Source: Octopus sinensis
Taxonomy: Eukaryota
Direction of reading: 5' to 3'
Length of the DNA: 64,000 nt
Assembly (NCBI RefSeq): GCF_006345805.1
Contig: NC_043009.1
Location: 14,074,001-14,138,000 of the forward strand
Shown: piece by piece, positions 12,896 through 26,771 of the stretch
How positions within the stretch are numbered: position 1 is the stretch's first letter
How the letters are laid out: each line of letters begins with the position of its first letter
Position numbers and translations under genes: made by a program
Notes under the pieces: generated by a model
Databases searched by the model: none
Told to the model about the DNA's origin: nothing
What the model saw: the letters and a program-made list of their open reading frames with translations, nothing else

Positions 12896-13434
12896 GCATA
12901 CATACATATATATATGTATATATAAACTAATACACTCACGTGCGTGCACACCCACTGTATCTTTCTCTATCTATTTATCTATCTACATACACGTCCACGT
13001 ACACACAGATGCGCGCACACACATATGTGTGTGTATATACATATATATATATATATAATTTACAAAATAAGGGCAAAAGAAAAATTCCAATGCCAAATAT
13101 GCCGAAAAAAAGACAAAATTGTCAATCACCATTATAATTTATGCATATAATTTAATAGTTATAAATATATATATATATATATGTATGTATAGCCTTGTAT
13201 TTATTAGTATTTTCTCAAACGAATACACACAGGTGTGTGCGCAGATACACGCATACATTTTATACAAACACATGTACTCATTTTGCTTTTGTTTCTCCAG
13301 CAGAAGAGGCAAAAAGTGCAGCAGTGGTATTGAAATCGGAACTAACATGTGGCCTTGAAAACCTTTTTTGCAGTATACACACCTATCGTCTTTTATCTTT
13401 CAATTGCTTCAATCACTGAACTGCTGAAGTCTTT

Positions 13435-13699
13435 AGTACCAGTTGCGTACTGGGGTCGATGTAATTGACTGGGCCCATCCCCCTAAACTTTCGGGCCTTG
13501 TGCCTAGAATAGAAAAGAATATTTCTTTCTACGATAGGCACAAGGCCTGAAATCTCTTCATATTATTCTCTTCCACTCTGGGCACCAGGCCCAAAACTTT
13601 GGAGGAGGGGGCTATTTAATTAGATCGAGGCCAGTAAGCAACTGGTACTTAATTTATTGACCCCGAAAGAATGAAAGCCAAAGTCGACCTCGGCGGAAT
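13435..13699. mobile_element. SINE family A fragments in opposite orientations
   Basis: AGTACCAGTTGCGTACTGGGGTCGATG on +; ACTGGTACTTAATTTATTGACCCCGAAAG...GTCGACCTCGGCGGAAT on -. Confidence 0.7.
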
Positions 13700-13722
13700 A
13701 ATCTGATCATAAAATTAGTTTC

Positions 13723-15161
13723 GGACGTTTTCTGTTTGGCTGCAACTGTAGAAGTCTGAAAGTTTAGTGAAAATTTTAAAATTTGGAGGATTAATGTAAT
13801 TTTTCATATTGAATCTCAAGGGCTAATACACTTATTGCAAGAAAAATAAAAAAAAAAAGTTACAGAGGTTTAAAGTTTGATAATTTTTTACCCACTCAGA
13901 AAATAGGATTTGTAAGCTGTCATTTTGTGCGTGGTTGCAGGAGTTGTTGTAAACAAATGTAATATTGACGTAATTCTGGTTTACGCACGCCACATAACCC
14001 TTCATAAAATTGTATATTTTTTGGAATCTTCAGAAAACTTTAGCGAATTTGCATTTTACACACTGGAATTCAAAAGAAAGAAAAAAGAAATGGTGCATGA
14101 TTTAAGGCTTATTAAGCTAATAATTATTAAGCACACGTCACGGATAATCTCATTTGTGAATTTGTATTCTACACGCGGGACTTCATACGCTTATGCGAAA
14201 AAAAAAATTGTGGGGGTGCGTAAATTAAGGCCTATTTAGCTATTATTTTTAGCACACCTCACAACCACCTCAATGACAAAGAAACGAGCAAACAACGCAT
14301 ATTTTGTTGTTTTAATCATTCAATATGCATTTAATGCGATAAACAACTCATTACAAATTAAACTTTTCTCATAATTTGAAACTTATAGCACAAACTTAAA
14401 AGACTTATCCAAAAACAAAATAGAACATTACAAATTAGATATTAAGAAAAAGACAAACATCTCGACAATCTTCACAGGGCCACCAACCTAAACTGGATAA
14501 CGGAGAATGTCCTCCCCACATACTTCCCTAAGATAGCTGTTATAATCAGTAGCTGTGCAATGACTCATCCCGTGTTCAACACAAAACCGGTTCCTTAACC
14601 CACGAGAAAAGGAAAAGCACTACAGTCTTAAGAGGAAGGGTGCCACCTTCAAACAATGTAACCCTGCCTTACTGATACAGACTCCATGCGTCATTGGCGC
14701 GTGCATCACCAATACAAATACCCACCACGTCTTCTTGTGCTCATAAAATGCTTCTTGATTTTGCATAATTTTCTTTTAGGTATAAATACCCTTTCCTTGC
14801 AAGTACGAAACCGCATTCTCCTCTGGTGCGTGATTCAAGTCCTATTTGGCTGCTATTTTCAGCACATGTGACAACCACCTCAGTGACTGGAACATATCAG
14901 TCAACACGTGCTTTCTCGCAGACAAAAGAGTTCTCATGTTTGGCTTGTTACTATGGCAACAGGCATGAATGCGTCTGTGGCTTACGATTGGCTAAAATTA
15001 CCCAAAAGTTTGAGATTTTAATAGTTAATAACTCTTTATTTATTGATTTATAACGAAAATGATATTCAGTGCATTAATCAGCCTATAAAAGTGTATCATT
15101 ACACTGAATATTAAATCAGTTCAAACAGAAATTGACCGTGGCAGCCAAACAGAAAAGATCC
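13723..15161 (-). mobile_element. Merlin-superfamily DNA transposon deletion derivative
   Basis: TIRs GGACGTTTTCTGTTTGGCTGC / GCAGCCAAACAGAAAAGATCC; minus strand 14550-14461 translates TDYNSYLREVCGEDILRYPV*VGGPVKIVE, like the Merlin/ISXO2 REVC...GGPG..VE(I)D region. Confidence 0.75.
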
Positions 15162-15576
15162 GGCATCTCATCCGGCGTGCCAACGATTCTGCCAGCTCGC
15201 CGCCTTACAAATCTGTTCATAATATGAATAAATACTTAAAGGCGACGAGCTAGCAAAATCGTTAGCACGCCGGACAATATGCCTTGCGGCAGTTCATCCA
15301 TCTTTACGTTCTAAGTTCAAATTCAGCCAAGGTCGACTGCATTTTAGCGTGAACAGTCGAGACCGTTCTATGTACAAAGACGTAATAGTATTCAAATATT
15401 GTCAGTGGATGTAATTCAGGTTCAGCATTTGAATACATGACTGATTGTTAATATCCCCTCGGACATGTAAATCAGAACATGCCATGTAAAAATGACAAAA
15501 CGCATATACAATCACAGAAATAGAAATGAATAAATATACGTGTATTTTTGTGAGTATGTATGTGCATATGTATGTA

Positions 15577-17527
15577 TCAGGTTGAGTAAAAATTAAAAGA
15601 AGTTTTGAACCATGAAAAATTTGTACCGGATTTTTGCAGAATTTTGAAATTTTTTCAACATCTTTTTGCAATTGTCTGATAATACAGACAAAGACTTGCC
15701 CCAAATGCCTCAATAAATTAACATTGATATTTTTACACAGCTGTTACAATCATCTGAAATGGAACTGTCAAAGCGCGGTATTCGAGCAATTTTGCTAATT
15801 AGCTTCAAAAAAGGATGTAAAGCAGGTGAAACTGCTCGCGATATAACGAAACGTTTGGTGAGGAAATGACCAGTGAGTGGTAAGCTCGAAAATGGTTTAA
15901 ATGATTTCGCAGCGGACGCCCGTCTGTCATTGATAACAGTCAATTAAAGACCATCACTGAGAAAGATTCACATGAAACCACTCGAGAACTGGCAAAAGAA
16001 CTCCAAGTTAGCCAGAAAACTGCCTGCAACCATATGCATGCGATCAGAAAATCAAAAAAAGCTCGACAAATGGGTATCCCACGATTTGAATGAAAATCAG
16101 AAAATGCGCAGGTATAAAATTTGCTCGTTGCTTCTTCTCCGTAACAAGACCGATCCATTTCTCGACCGTATTGTAATTTGCGATGAAAAGTGGATTCTGT
16201 ACAATAATAAAAAACGCTCTTCGCAGTGGTTGGACCAAAATGAAGCACCGAAAGCATTCCCTAAACCTTAGCTTTTCAAAAAGAAGGTGACTGTTTGGTG
16301 GTATGCTGCTGGACCCATCCACAATAACTTCTTAAAATCTGGATACACCATTACTGCAGAAACATGTAACGGTAATGTTTTTAGTTGAAGTCGAGGATCA
16401 CCAATTTTAACGGTTGTCGTTAAGATGCTGGTTGCCTGTATGCAAGCTGGAAGAAGAACAGCGATCGACCTTTTAAGGAAATATTTTGTTACCGTTACTT
16501 TGTCTGTCTTGCCTTGCTAGCTGCCCAACTAGGAATTAGAGGAAGATAGAGTTTATGTTAAATGTAGGGAGTCGATAAAATGATACCTTCATGTTGCCTG
16601 ACATTTAAACAGCAGTGGTGTTGTGATAAGACAGTGTATCATAGTTGACATTCTCACTGGTAATCCTTCTCTCAGTTGAATTATCTCATTAACTGGATTT
16701 TGCCTGTAGTTGCCTCTCCGTCATCTCCTTTTTGCCAACTTGGCTCTCATTAACTGCCCTTGGTTTACGGAGTTCTTGTTTTTATAACTATCCAAAACCA
16801 GCCAGAAGGATAGATATATTGTTCAGAACAATAGATTTCGTTGGCGGTCTATCATCTCTATTCTAGCTTTTGGTGGCCTAGAAGAGGTTAGAAGGGTCAA
16901 GTGCCAAAGACATTATTCTGCTTAGCGATGGCATCTGGCAAATGTAACTGCTGTCACGCAGAGAAAAACCATTGTTTTACCGTGAGGAAAGTGCTGTTGA
17001 ACTGTTAAGTGAAATTTGGCTATCGAGGATCGAATCCACGCTATGCCTGCATGAAGCCACTACAAACATATTGCCATGAAATTGCCAAAATGAATGAAAA
17101 CCTGCTACTCTCTCATCCTTGACTGGTCAACAGGAGAGGGCAAATCATTCTTCTTGACAATGCTCGACAACACGTTTCACTAATGACGCTCCAGAAGTTG
17201 AGGGAACTTGACTACGCAGTTCTTCCCTAACCAGCTTATTCCCCAAACTTTTCTCCTACCGACTATCACTTTTTCAACCACCTTTGATGGTTTTCTGCGA
17301 GAGAAGGGATTCAAAAATCAAATCGAAGCTGAAAGTGCGTTCAAAGAGTTCCTCGGCTCCAGAACTCCAGATGTTTATGTTTCCGGAATAAACAAACTTG
17401 TAACTCGTTGGCAAAAATGTGCTGATTGTAATGGTACTTACTTTGATGAATGAAATTTTAGGATTGCTGAAATATATTGTAATGAATTTCAAGTTTCAAA
17501 ACGTTGCTTACTTTTTAATCAGCATGG
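15577..17527 (+). mobile_element. Mariner (DD34D) element, decayed, interrupted by a solo LTR
   Basis: WVSHDL, ICDEKWILYNN, LDNAR and RWQKC motifs; degenerate TIRs flanked by TA. Confidence 0.9.
16365..17064. mobile_element. Solo LTR (700 bp)
   Basis: TGTA...TACA ends, 4-bp TSD AACA (16361-64, 17065-68); removal restores the mariner frame TAETYCHEIAKM. Confidence 0.82.
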
Positions 17528-17757
17528 TATGTATGTATGTATGTATGTATGTATGTATGTATGTATGTATGTATGTATGTATGTATGTATGTATGTATGT
17601 ATATATCTGTCTGTCTATCTATCTATCTATTTATGCATTCATGTATCTATCTGTGTGTGTGTGTGTGTGTGTGCGTGTGTGTGTTCATGTTTCTCTGCCA
17701 TTGTGTGTATGAGCGTGTATGAAATACATACACACACACGTACACACACACACGTAT

Positions 17758-17796
<39 letters not shown>

Positions 17797-17799
17797 CAT

Positions 17800-17862
17800 A
17801 CATATGTGTGTACATAAATAAATACATGTGTATGTGTGTTTCTCTGTGTGTGTGTGCGCACA

Positions 17863-17945
<83 letters not shown>

Positions 17946-18014
17946 CATATGTGTGTACATAAATAAATACATGTGTATGTGTGTTTCTCTGTGTGTGTGT
18001 GCGCACACACACAT

Positions 18015-18035
<21 letters not shown>
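17800..18035. repeat. Tandem duplication of a ~145-bp compound microsatellite unit
   Basis: CATATGTGTGTACATAAATAAATACATGTGTATGTGTGTTTCTCTG occurs at ~17801 and ~17946. Confidence 0.85.
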
Positions 18036-18051
<16 letters not shown>

Positions 18052-18511
18052 AATGTAAACATGTTTATAAGATTCATATATTTTGATATATGTATAGCTA
18101 TATGCATATGTATGTTTATAAAGATATATGTATACATAATCTTTGTGTGTATGTGTGCGCGTGCGTGTGTAGCAATAGATGTATATATATGTACTTAGAG
18201 TTATGAACATTTTATTCCTGTCAACTGTGTAATGTCAACACTCGATAATATTTTATGGGCATAGAAAAAATTTTTAACGAGGCACAGAGAAATGTGCTTC
18301 CATACAAACATAACACACACAAAGAAACACACGCTCACATTCAAGAACTCATGCACACAATAAACACTGAATTGTTGCATTCATATATATCTATATATAA
18401 TCTCTGGATTTAGGTGGAATGTGAACACAAAAATCTGATGAAACATAAAATTGAAGTGGTTTTGTATTCTTACTCTCAGATGAAATGAAATGAGACATTC
18501 TGGGCTGCACT

Positions 18512-18715
18512 CTTTTACTTGTTTCAGTCATTTGACTGCGGCCATACTGGAGCACTGCTTTTAGTCGACCAAATCGACCCCAGGACTTATTCTTTGTAAG
18601 CCTAGTACTTATTCTATCGGTCTCTTTTGCTGAACCACCAAGTTACGGGGATGTAAACACACCAGCATCGGTTGTCAAGCGACGTTGGGGGCGGGGGACA
18701 AACAGACACACAAAC
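18512..18715 (-). mobile_element. SINE family B, 3' module
   Basis: Reverse complement of 56220-56415. Confidence 0.88.
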
Positions 18716-18899
18716 TTACACACATGCATATATATATATATATATGACCCGGCGTTGCCGGGTCATAGTGGTAGTAAAAAATAAAGTAAAATGTACGGTT
18801 ACTCACCAATAACGAATGATATTAATTTAAGACGATGACGACGAAAATATTGAGGTAATGACTGCACAGCAAAGAAGATTTTACACTCTTCATGTGACG

Positions 18900-20146
18900 C
18901 CTCTTCTTCGGGTGTTTTAGGGGATGTCGTATCTTCGTGCAAGTCTTTCTTGGTGGGCTTCAGGAACATTGTGATGGGGATTTGCTGTCCTTGTTTCTTC
19001 AAGGTGGTGAGGAGAAGTTTATAAATTGGAGAGACCAAACCATATAGGGATCCCATGCTTCCGCCTTCTCTTGTAGTTCTTTTACTGTTCTTAAAAGGTC
19101 GGACAGACGTTCGACTGCGAGGCCCACTTAATCCTCCTCTTTCTCTGGATCTGGTGCTTCCTCCTCCTCTTCGCTGACAGACTTCGTTAACTTCAACTTA
19201 TCTTCGTCTGTCAGGGTTTCAGAGTGGGCAGCGATGAGGTCGTTGACCTCATCTTGCCTGATGTCGTCAGAAATTTCGCCACCAAGTACCTTTGCCAGTT
19301 TCACCGCAATATTGACAGCCTCTTGCTAAATATCTTCAGGTGCGAAGCCCTCGTAGTCCTGAACACACTCTGGCCATACCTTCCACCATGCGATGAGGGT
19401 TTCTTTTTACATGTCTTTAAGAGCAATGTGGATGACTGACAGTCACGTTGCGATCGTGAAGTCACACCAGTACTCCTTTAACTTGAAATTCTCGCCTTGA
19501 TCCATAGGTTGGATGAGAGCGGTGGTGTTGACAGGGAAAAACTCGACTTGGACTCCTTCGTGATTCAAATCCAAAGAGCGACCACCAGCATTATCCATAA
19601 CAAGCAACACTTTGAATTCCATGCAAACATTTTGGTGATATTCCTTGGCTTGAGGAATAAAGCATCGGTGGAACCAATTCAAAGTTAGACTTTTGGTAAT
19701 CCAGGCCTTGCGGTTATGCATCCAGTGGACAGGCGGCAGGTTTCTATTCTTATTTTTGAAGGGCCTCGGATTCGCGGACTTGTATATAAGTCCTGGTTTC
19801 ATCATGAAGCCAGCAGCATTGCCACACATAATTAGTATCACTCTGTCCATCTGGGCCTTAAATCCAGGGACTCTGGCTACGTCCTTCATGATATACGTTC
19901 TGGAAGGCACCGTCTTCCAGAGCAAGCCAGTCTCGTCCATATTGAAAACCTGTACCGGCTTGTATCTCTTGTCCTCAATGATCTGCCTGGAGGTCTCGAG
20001 GTACTTCGCGGTGGCTTCGGTTGATGCTGTCTCTCTAAGCAGGGAATCACACTTTATTTTAAACCGTTTCTGGAAACAGTCAAACCAATCCCATGCTGGT
20101 TTGAAAATCTTTGGGCTCCGGTGCTGTTAATGGTCTTGGTTGTGGT
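18900..20146 (-). pseudogene. Tigger/pogo-like transposase pseudogene (TIGD1-like DDE_1)
   Basis: ORF 19443-19940: MDETGLLWK...PSRTY...NAAG...KAWIT...LLVMDNAGG...NTTALIQPMDQG; upstream CENP-B-like WFDCFQKRF; internal deletions. Confidence 0.92.
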
Positions 20147-20179
20147 TCTTCGGTCAACTGAAACTGAAAAAGCCCGTCG

Positions 20180-20214
<35 letters not shown>

Positions 20215-20629
20215 TAAAATATATGCATATATATAAACATATATGTACGTACCTACTTCTACATGTACATATACACACATATATGAGTACAGGATACCAA
20301 AAGGACGTCGAACACAATGAGAAACGAAAACATAGACACAAACCAAAGGAACTGGACTTTTTTTTAAACAACAAAAAAATAGAGTACAGGACAATTAACA
20401 CAAAGAAAAAAACCCTTCTTCAGTCGCTATGGTTTCATCTACTCTACGTATCGAAGGATAAAAGCGAGACGTATCTTCGACAATATATATAAATACAAAA
20501 TGGGACAAGAACGCAAAACATTCAAATAGACGATACAAAAAACACGGACGGGTCATTCGAAGCCTCTAATCTTCAGTCAAGAACCGGACCATCCTCGCAA
20601 TTTCGGCTGATCATATATATATATATATA

Positions 20630-20770
20630 CACGACGCACTTCTTTCAGTTTCCGTCAACCAAATCCACTCGCAAAAGCTTCGTTTGGCCCGAGGCTATAA
20701 TAGAATATACATGACCAAGGTGCCACGCAGTGGGACTGAACTCGGAATCATGCCGTTGGGAAGCAAGTTT
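20630..20770 (-). mobile_element. SINE family B, 5' module
   Basis: CCAAGGTGCCACGCAGTGGGACTGAAC matches the reverse complement of the family B head. Confidence 0.85.
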
Positions 20771-22084
20771 CTTTCTGCTTCATGACATGTCAGTTTGAGA
20801 GCGTATTTGAATCTTGAGATGCAGGTCATAAATATCATTTGGTAATTATGATGCATCCTCTTGTGGCGGAGATGATTTTAATAATTCAAGAAATTTTGTT
20901 GTGTAGTATTTGGCATACTGTTATTTGTCTCTCTCTCTCTCCCATCCGCACACTCATACATTAAATCATGCGAACGAATTCACGCACAGACACATACGCA
21001 TACACATACACACATACACACACACAAACACACACACGCTCATGTATATACGCACGCACCTGAGGATATGTTGTAACAGATGTATATTACCTGAAAAAGC
21101 AATAACATGCAGAAGCACTATTTACTATTTCCTGTTGTTTTTTGTTTGCTTATATTATCAGACAAAACTGAAAATATGTTTAACAGAGATAAAATTGAGG
21201 AAAACAATGAAAAAAAAACATGAAAATCACATAAGAGAAAAAGAAAAAAAAATGTAGTTGAAAAACTTGAAGGAAAACAGTGAAAATGGAGAAGAGATAT
21301 AATTAATGAAACATATTCTCTATCTTCTCGGAATTCTGAAGATCATTGCTATTTTATGTGTTTCGATGTAAAAAAAAGCAACAAAAGAGAGAGGCTGTGG
21401 TTACTGGAAGTATACCGCAGACAGGCGGGCAATGAAAAGGAAATTTGTCAGACGACAGATTATAGCGGGAAGTATGAAGGGAAGGACATAAAGTCTGTCA
21501 AATTAATGAATAAAATCTCAATAAAACTTGCATGAAAAATCAATAAACACATAATTGAAAGTTGTGTTTGACGTTGTTAAGTAATGAAAACTCGAAGTCT
21601 CCAAACGAAAGAGTAGATAGGCAGTAGTGCGGTAAATAGAGTAAATTTTATACGGTTATAACTGAATGAGAACTAACTTAAGAAAATGAGAAAATTGGAT
21701 GAGAAAAGACGGAGAAATCAATGAAATATATTCAATAAATAAATTGAAAACGATGTTCAGTAAATATGTATGCACTCAAATAATAATAAATAAATGTAAT
21801 AATACAAAACAATAATTTAATGTAATAACATAATTGAAGTAATTAGTTCATTTATTAATTCAATAGCCTAAATGTATTAATAAATGAAAGATCTCAGAAT
21901 TAGGGTAATTTCCTAAGAAAATGAGTGAAAGTCAAGTAGAGGTTCGATTTACGTAGAGCTTTTATGAAACGTTTTCTTTTCAAAATGAATATTGAGTGAA
22001 TGAATAACTAAAATACGTAATAGTTTTCGTTAGTTACGAATATGGCAGAATTAAGAGAACCAGGAAACGTAAAGAAGTACTAGT

Positions 22085-22856
22085 TTCAAATTTTGGCGAA
22101 AGGCCAGCAATTTCAGGTTAGAAGCATAAGCCGATTACATCGATCCCAGTGCTCAACTAGTACTTATGTTATCGATCCCGAAAGGATGAAATGCCCAGTC
22201 GAATGCAAAGATATGAAATGTCGCTAAGCATTTCGCCCTGCATGCTAACGATTCTTATTACTTTACTGCCCACAAGGGGCTACACACAGAGGGAACAAAC
22301 AAGGACAGACAAATGGATTAAGTCGATTACATCGACCCCAGTGCGTAACTGGTACTTATTTAATCGACCCCGAAAGGATGAAAAGCAAAGTCGACCTCGG
22401 CGGAATTTGAACTCAGAACGTAGCGGCAGACGAAATACCTATTTCTTTACTACCCACAAGGGGCTAATCACAGAGGGGACAAACAAGGACAGACAAACGG
22501 ATCAAGTCGATTATATTGACCCCAGTGCGTAACTGGTACTTGCTTAATCGACCCCGAAAGGATGAAAGGCAAGGTCGACCTCAGCGGAATTTGAACTCTG
22601 AATGTAGCGGCAGACGAAATACCGCAGAGCATTTCGCCCGGCGTGCTAACGTTTCTGCCAGAGGCCGCCTTATGTATAAAGAAATATTATTTTCAAGTTT
22701 TGGCACAAGACTAACCAGTTCGGGGAACGGGTAAGTCGATTGCATCCACCCCCAGTATTCAACTTTATAGACTCCGAAAGGATGAAGGGCAAAGACGACT
22801 TCGGCGGAATTTAAATTCGTCTGTCGTGATGACGATTCTGTCAGCACACCGCCTTA
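22085..22856 (-). mobile_element. Cluster of ~4 head-to-tail SINE family A copies
   Basis: Repeated GACCCCGAAAGGATGAAAGGCAAAGTCGACCTCGGCGGAATTTGAAC motif; best copies 22258-22440 and 22441-22672. Confidence 0.9.
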
Positions 22857-23444
22857 TCTATATACGTTGAAAAATATTAAAAGATTTCTAACTTAGGGAT
22901 ATCGAAAAAAAAAATTATAGTCAGTGGTAGCAATTTGATGGCACCAAGTATATAACTGGTACTTTATTTTAAAGTGATTAAGGACTCGGGATGTGTTTAC
23001 GAAGGCGAGTATTGTGAGACGTATACGATGTTTTACGGTCTTGGTTTTACTCCATAGCGCCCCCTACAAATATTAATAGAAAACAAGTGAGTTTTTTCGA
23101 CCAAGATTTGCTTAAAAAGTGAAATGAGTGGAGAAATATCTTATCAGCTTCATGGTTGAATGTTTTGGTAAATTTAGATCTTGTCTATGTCTCGAAGCAA
23201 GTCAATGACCTCCGTTTGTCTCGTCTTCTCTGTGATGCAATATTGATTTTTTTTTGTTTTGAATGAATCACATGACATTTATTGTATGCTCTTCGGTTGT
23301 ATGTATGTGTATGCGCGTTTGTGTGCTTGTAAGTGTGTGTCTTCGTGCGCGCACGTGTTTGTGTGCGTATAAGCATGTGTGTATGTATGTGTGTGTGTAT
23401 ATATGTGTGTGTGTGAGCGTTTGTATATGTGTGTGCGTGTGTGT

Positions 23445-23489
<45 letters not shown>

Positions 23490-23672
23490 GTGTATCTGTG
23501 TTTATGTTTACAGCTTAAAAACCGGTGTGCTTTATGTTAGAGTCTCCTCATCACGTAATTAAGCGGCTCGACAAATAGCCCACGAAAAATATAAAGCAAA
23601 ATAATAATAATAATGATAATGTTAAATAATAATGATAATGTTTAATAAAAAATAACTTATTTACTTAAGTTT

Positions 23673-24307
23673 TAAACATCTCCTTCGAAATAGTCACCTT
23701 GCGCAGCAATATACCTGTCCCAGCGTTCTGCCACTTTTGGAATCCGTCCTGGAAGTCGTTTTCCGTTAGTGAGTCGAGGACGTTCTGCAATTCGCTCTGG
23801 TTCTCAACAACAGCGACCTTTCAGCTGCATTTTCATATGCAATGGGGGAAGAGATGTAAGTCTGCAGGAGCTAAATCTGGTGAATAGGGCGGGTGCAGAA
23901 GCGATACTGTGTTATTTTTGGCGAGGAACTCACAAGTGAGGCGATCTCGGTGTCAGGGTGCATTGTCGTAGTGAACAACCCATTTCTTCGCGTTCCACAG
24001 ATCCGGTCGCTTTCGCCGGATGTCCTCCCTCAAACGCTTCAAAACGACGTTGCTTGTCCTCCAACGATCCTCATGCACAAACTGATCAATGTTCTCCATA
24101 TTTCTGGGGGTGACGCTCGTGGTAGGTCTTCCAGACCGTTCATCGTCTTCCAAGGACGTTCTTCCGCTTTTGAACCGCTCCTGTCACTCGAAACATTGCG
24201 CACGACTCACTGCCTCGCTGCTGTGTGCTTCTCAAAGCACGCTCGATGTCTCTGTTGCAGACTTCCCAATTTTTAAGGTAAAATTTCACGTTGACTCTTT
24301 GTTTCAT
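23673..24307 (-). pseudogene. Internally deleted mariner transposase
   Basis: MKQRVNVKF start; EDDERSGRPTTS, LKRLREDIRRKRPDLW, HYDNAP, YSPDLAPAD motifs; ends ...QGDYFEGDV*. Confidence 0.88.
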
Positions 24308-24437
24308 GACAAAAATCGCAGGCTACAGCATACACGTGTGCTGCCATCTGTTGGCGCGCTACAGAACTAGTCCAGCATTGTTTTGACGCTTCCTCTAAGA
24401 CTGAAATAATTACTGTGATCACGAAAGAAGTGCCGAA

Positions 24438-24722
24438 TATGGGCAAGTGTCTTCTACTACAGCCTCGGTTCGAACTTGTGAGTGGATTTGGTAGACGGAA
24501 ATTGAAAGAAACACATCGTATATATATATATATGTGTATGTGTTTATGTGTCTGTGTTGGTCCCGCCAACATAGCTGGTGTATTTACGTCGCCGTAATTT
24601 AGCGGTTCGGCAAAAGAGACGAGAGAATAAGTACGAGGCTTACAAAGTCCTGGGGTCGATTTGCTCGACTAAAGGCGGCGCTCCAGCATGGCCGCAGTCA
24701 AATGACCGAAACAAGTAAAAGA
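24438..24722 (+). mobile_element. SINE family B composite, 5'-truncated
   Basis: GGGCAAGTGTCTTCTACT...(TA/TG)...GGCGGCGCTCCAGCATGGCCGCAGTC. Confidence 0.88.
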
Positions 24723-24916
24723 ATGCATACATACATACATACATACATACATACATACATACATACAGACAGACAGACAGACAGACAGACACATATATAT
24801 AAAAAGTAGTACTTCGGTTTACGAACGCCTCTGGTCATGAATATATCGTGCTTTATATATATACACATCTGAGTTGTTGGAAAACCGAGGTACTAATGTA
24901 TATATATATATGTATG

Positions 24917-24980
<64 letters not shown>

Positions 24981-24990
24981 TATATGTATG

Positions 24991-25049
<59 letters not shown>

Positions 25050-25199
25050 ATATATATATATACAATAAATGAGTTAATTGCATTGCAATTAAAAACGTTT
25101 ATGTATTAAGAATCTGGGTACTTTACCAACAGTATATTGGATAAATGCTATCCCATAGTGGGATACACCCATAACCCCTATCTTACTTTGTAATATATA

Positions 25200-25248
<49 letters not shown>

Positions 25249-26282
25249 ATATACTAATTATATGATTTTTCTTTCTCTTTCATTGCTTATATTATATGTA
25301 ATATCATGTATTATATTACCCACACATACCATACACACATACATACACACACATACACATTCATACACATAAACACACACACACACACACACAAACATAT
25401 ATACACATGCATAAATGCACACACTCACACACATATGTATACATACATGTATATTCATTGTACGGAAACAAAAATTTGAAACGTATCCGGCATTACACTT
25501 ACTCACTGTGATATACAGAAATACACAAACACATTGTAATACACGCTTATACATACATTTACTAACTCGCATACACACATAAACGTTCCCTCAAAAATAT
25601 CCCTCACTCCCCATCCCCGAATCCCCCCCATAAAACTACACATGCTCCCACCGACAATAAACTTGCCGACACCCCCACCGAAAACAACAAACAAACTGCA
25701 AACTTTGATAGCCTCGTAAAAGAAATAATGATAAGAAGCTGGGGATGTGGACGAAGAAAGTGTTACCCCAGCGCCGCCCTTTCAACACAACTTCCACCAT
25801 CAGTAGCAGAGGAAAAGAAAGATACAAGCAAAAAAACGCACACAAAACGTCCTTGCATAAAGCACCGTCCATATTGATACCACATCACCGCAAAACATCC
25901 CCGCCTTTTATATCCTATTATTATAACTTTCAGTGGGTTGCCCAAACCGTAAATAACCATACTGTCTTTTGGACCATTGTGAAAAGCGGATTTTCCCTCT
26001 CTCTGCTTCTTGTCTGTTTCCAGTTCTTTTTGACAAAATCCCCAGCGGTCAGGGCGAAATTTCACGTTTATTCTTAGAAGTTTATGTCTATTTGATCTAT
26101 TGGGCGCTTAAAAAAGAAAAAGAAAAAAGAAAGAAAAAGAATCAGCCAGGCTGTAAATGGCAGAGGTCGCGTGGAATGTGAGCTTTGAGAGTTAATTTCT
26201 TTGTTTATCTGTACATTTATGGATTTCTTTATGTCTTCAAAATTTTCATACAAGCGCTCGCGCATGTGTAAGAGGGAGAGAG

Positions 26283-26328
<46 letters not shown>

Positions 26329-26602
26329 GAAGAGAGATGAGAGAGAGAAAGAGAGAGAGAGAAATGGGGAAAGAGAGATGAGAGAGAGAGAGATGGTGAG
26401 AGAGATGGTGAGAGAGAAAGAGAGAGTTTTCTCTTCTGTGAATATTCTTAAAACGTTTCCTCTGTCAGAATTTATGATAGCAGCGTATGAATAAAACAAT
26501 ATTAATCAAGATTAATATAGTGAATGCCATATGGTGAGTGGTAAGTTGAGCCTGCAACACGGTTTCAATTCCTGATTAAAGTCATTTCACCTTACTTACC
26601 TG

Positions 26603-26771
26603 TTTCTTTACTGCTCACAAGGGGCTAAACATAGAGGGGACAAACAAGGACAGACAAATGGATTAAATCAATTACATCGACCCCAGTGCGTAACTGGTAC
26701 TTAATTTATCGACCCCGAAAGGATGAAAGGCAAAGTCGACCTCGGTGGAATTTGAACTCAGAACGTAACGG
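26603..26771 (-). mobile_element. SINE family A, 5'-truncated
   Basis: 20-bp TSD CATTTCACCTTACTTACCTG at 26583-26602 and 26772-26791. Confidence 0.92.

Noticed and set aside
18745-18767. Hairpin TGACCCGGCGTTGCCGGGTCA as a terminator or RNA gene
   Set aside because: Resembles the Helitron 3' hairpin at 3954-3969 in reverse; probably a remnant, too short to call.
20410-20612. CTGAAGA and GAAA motifs on the minus strand
   Set aside because: Could not assemble stems I-III in the correct order, so not called as a hammerhead.
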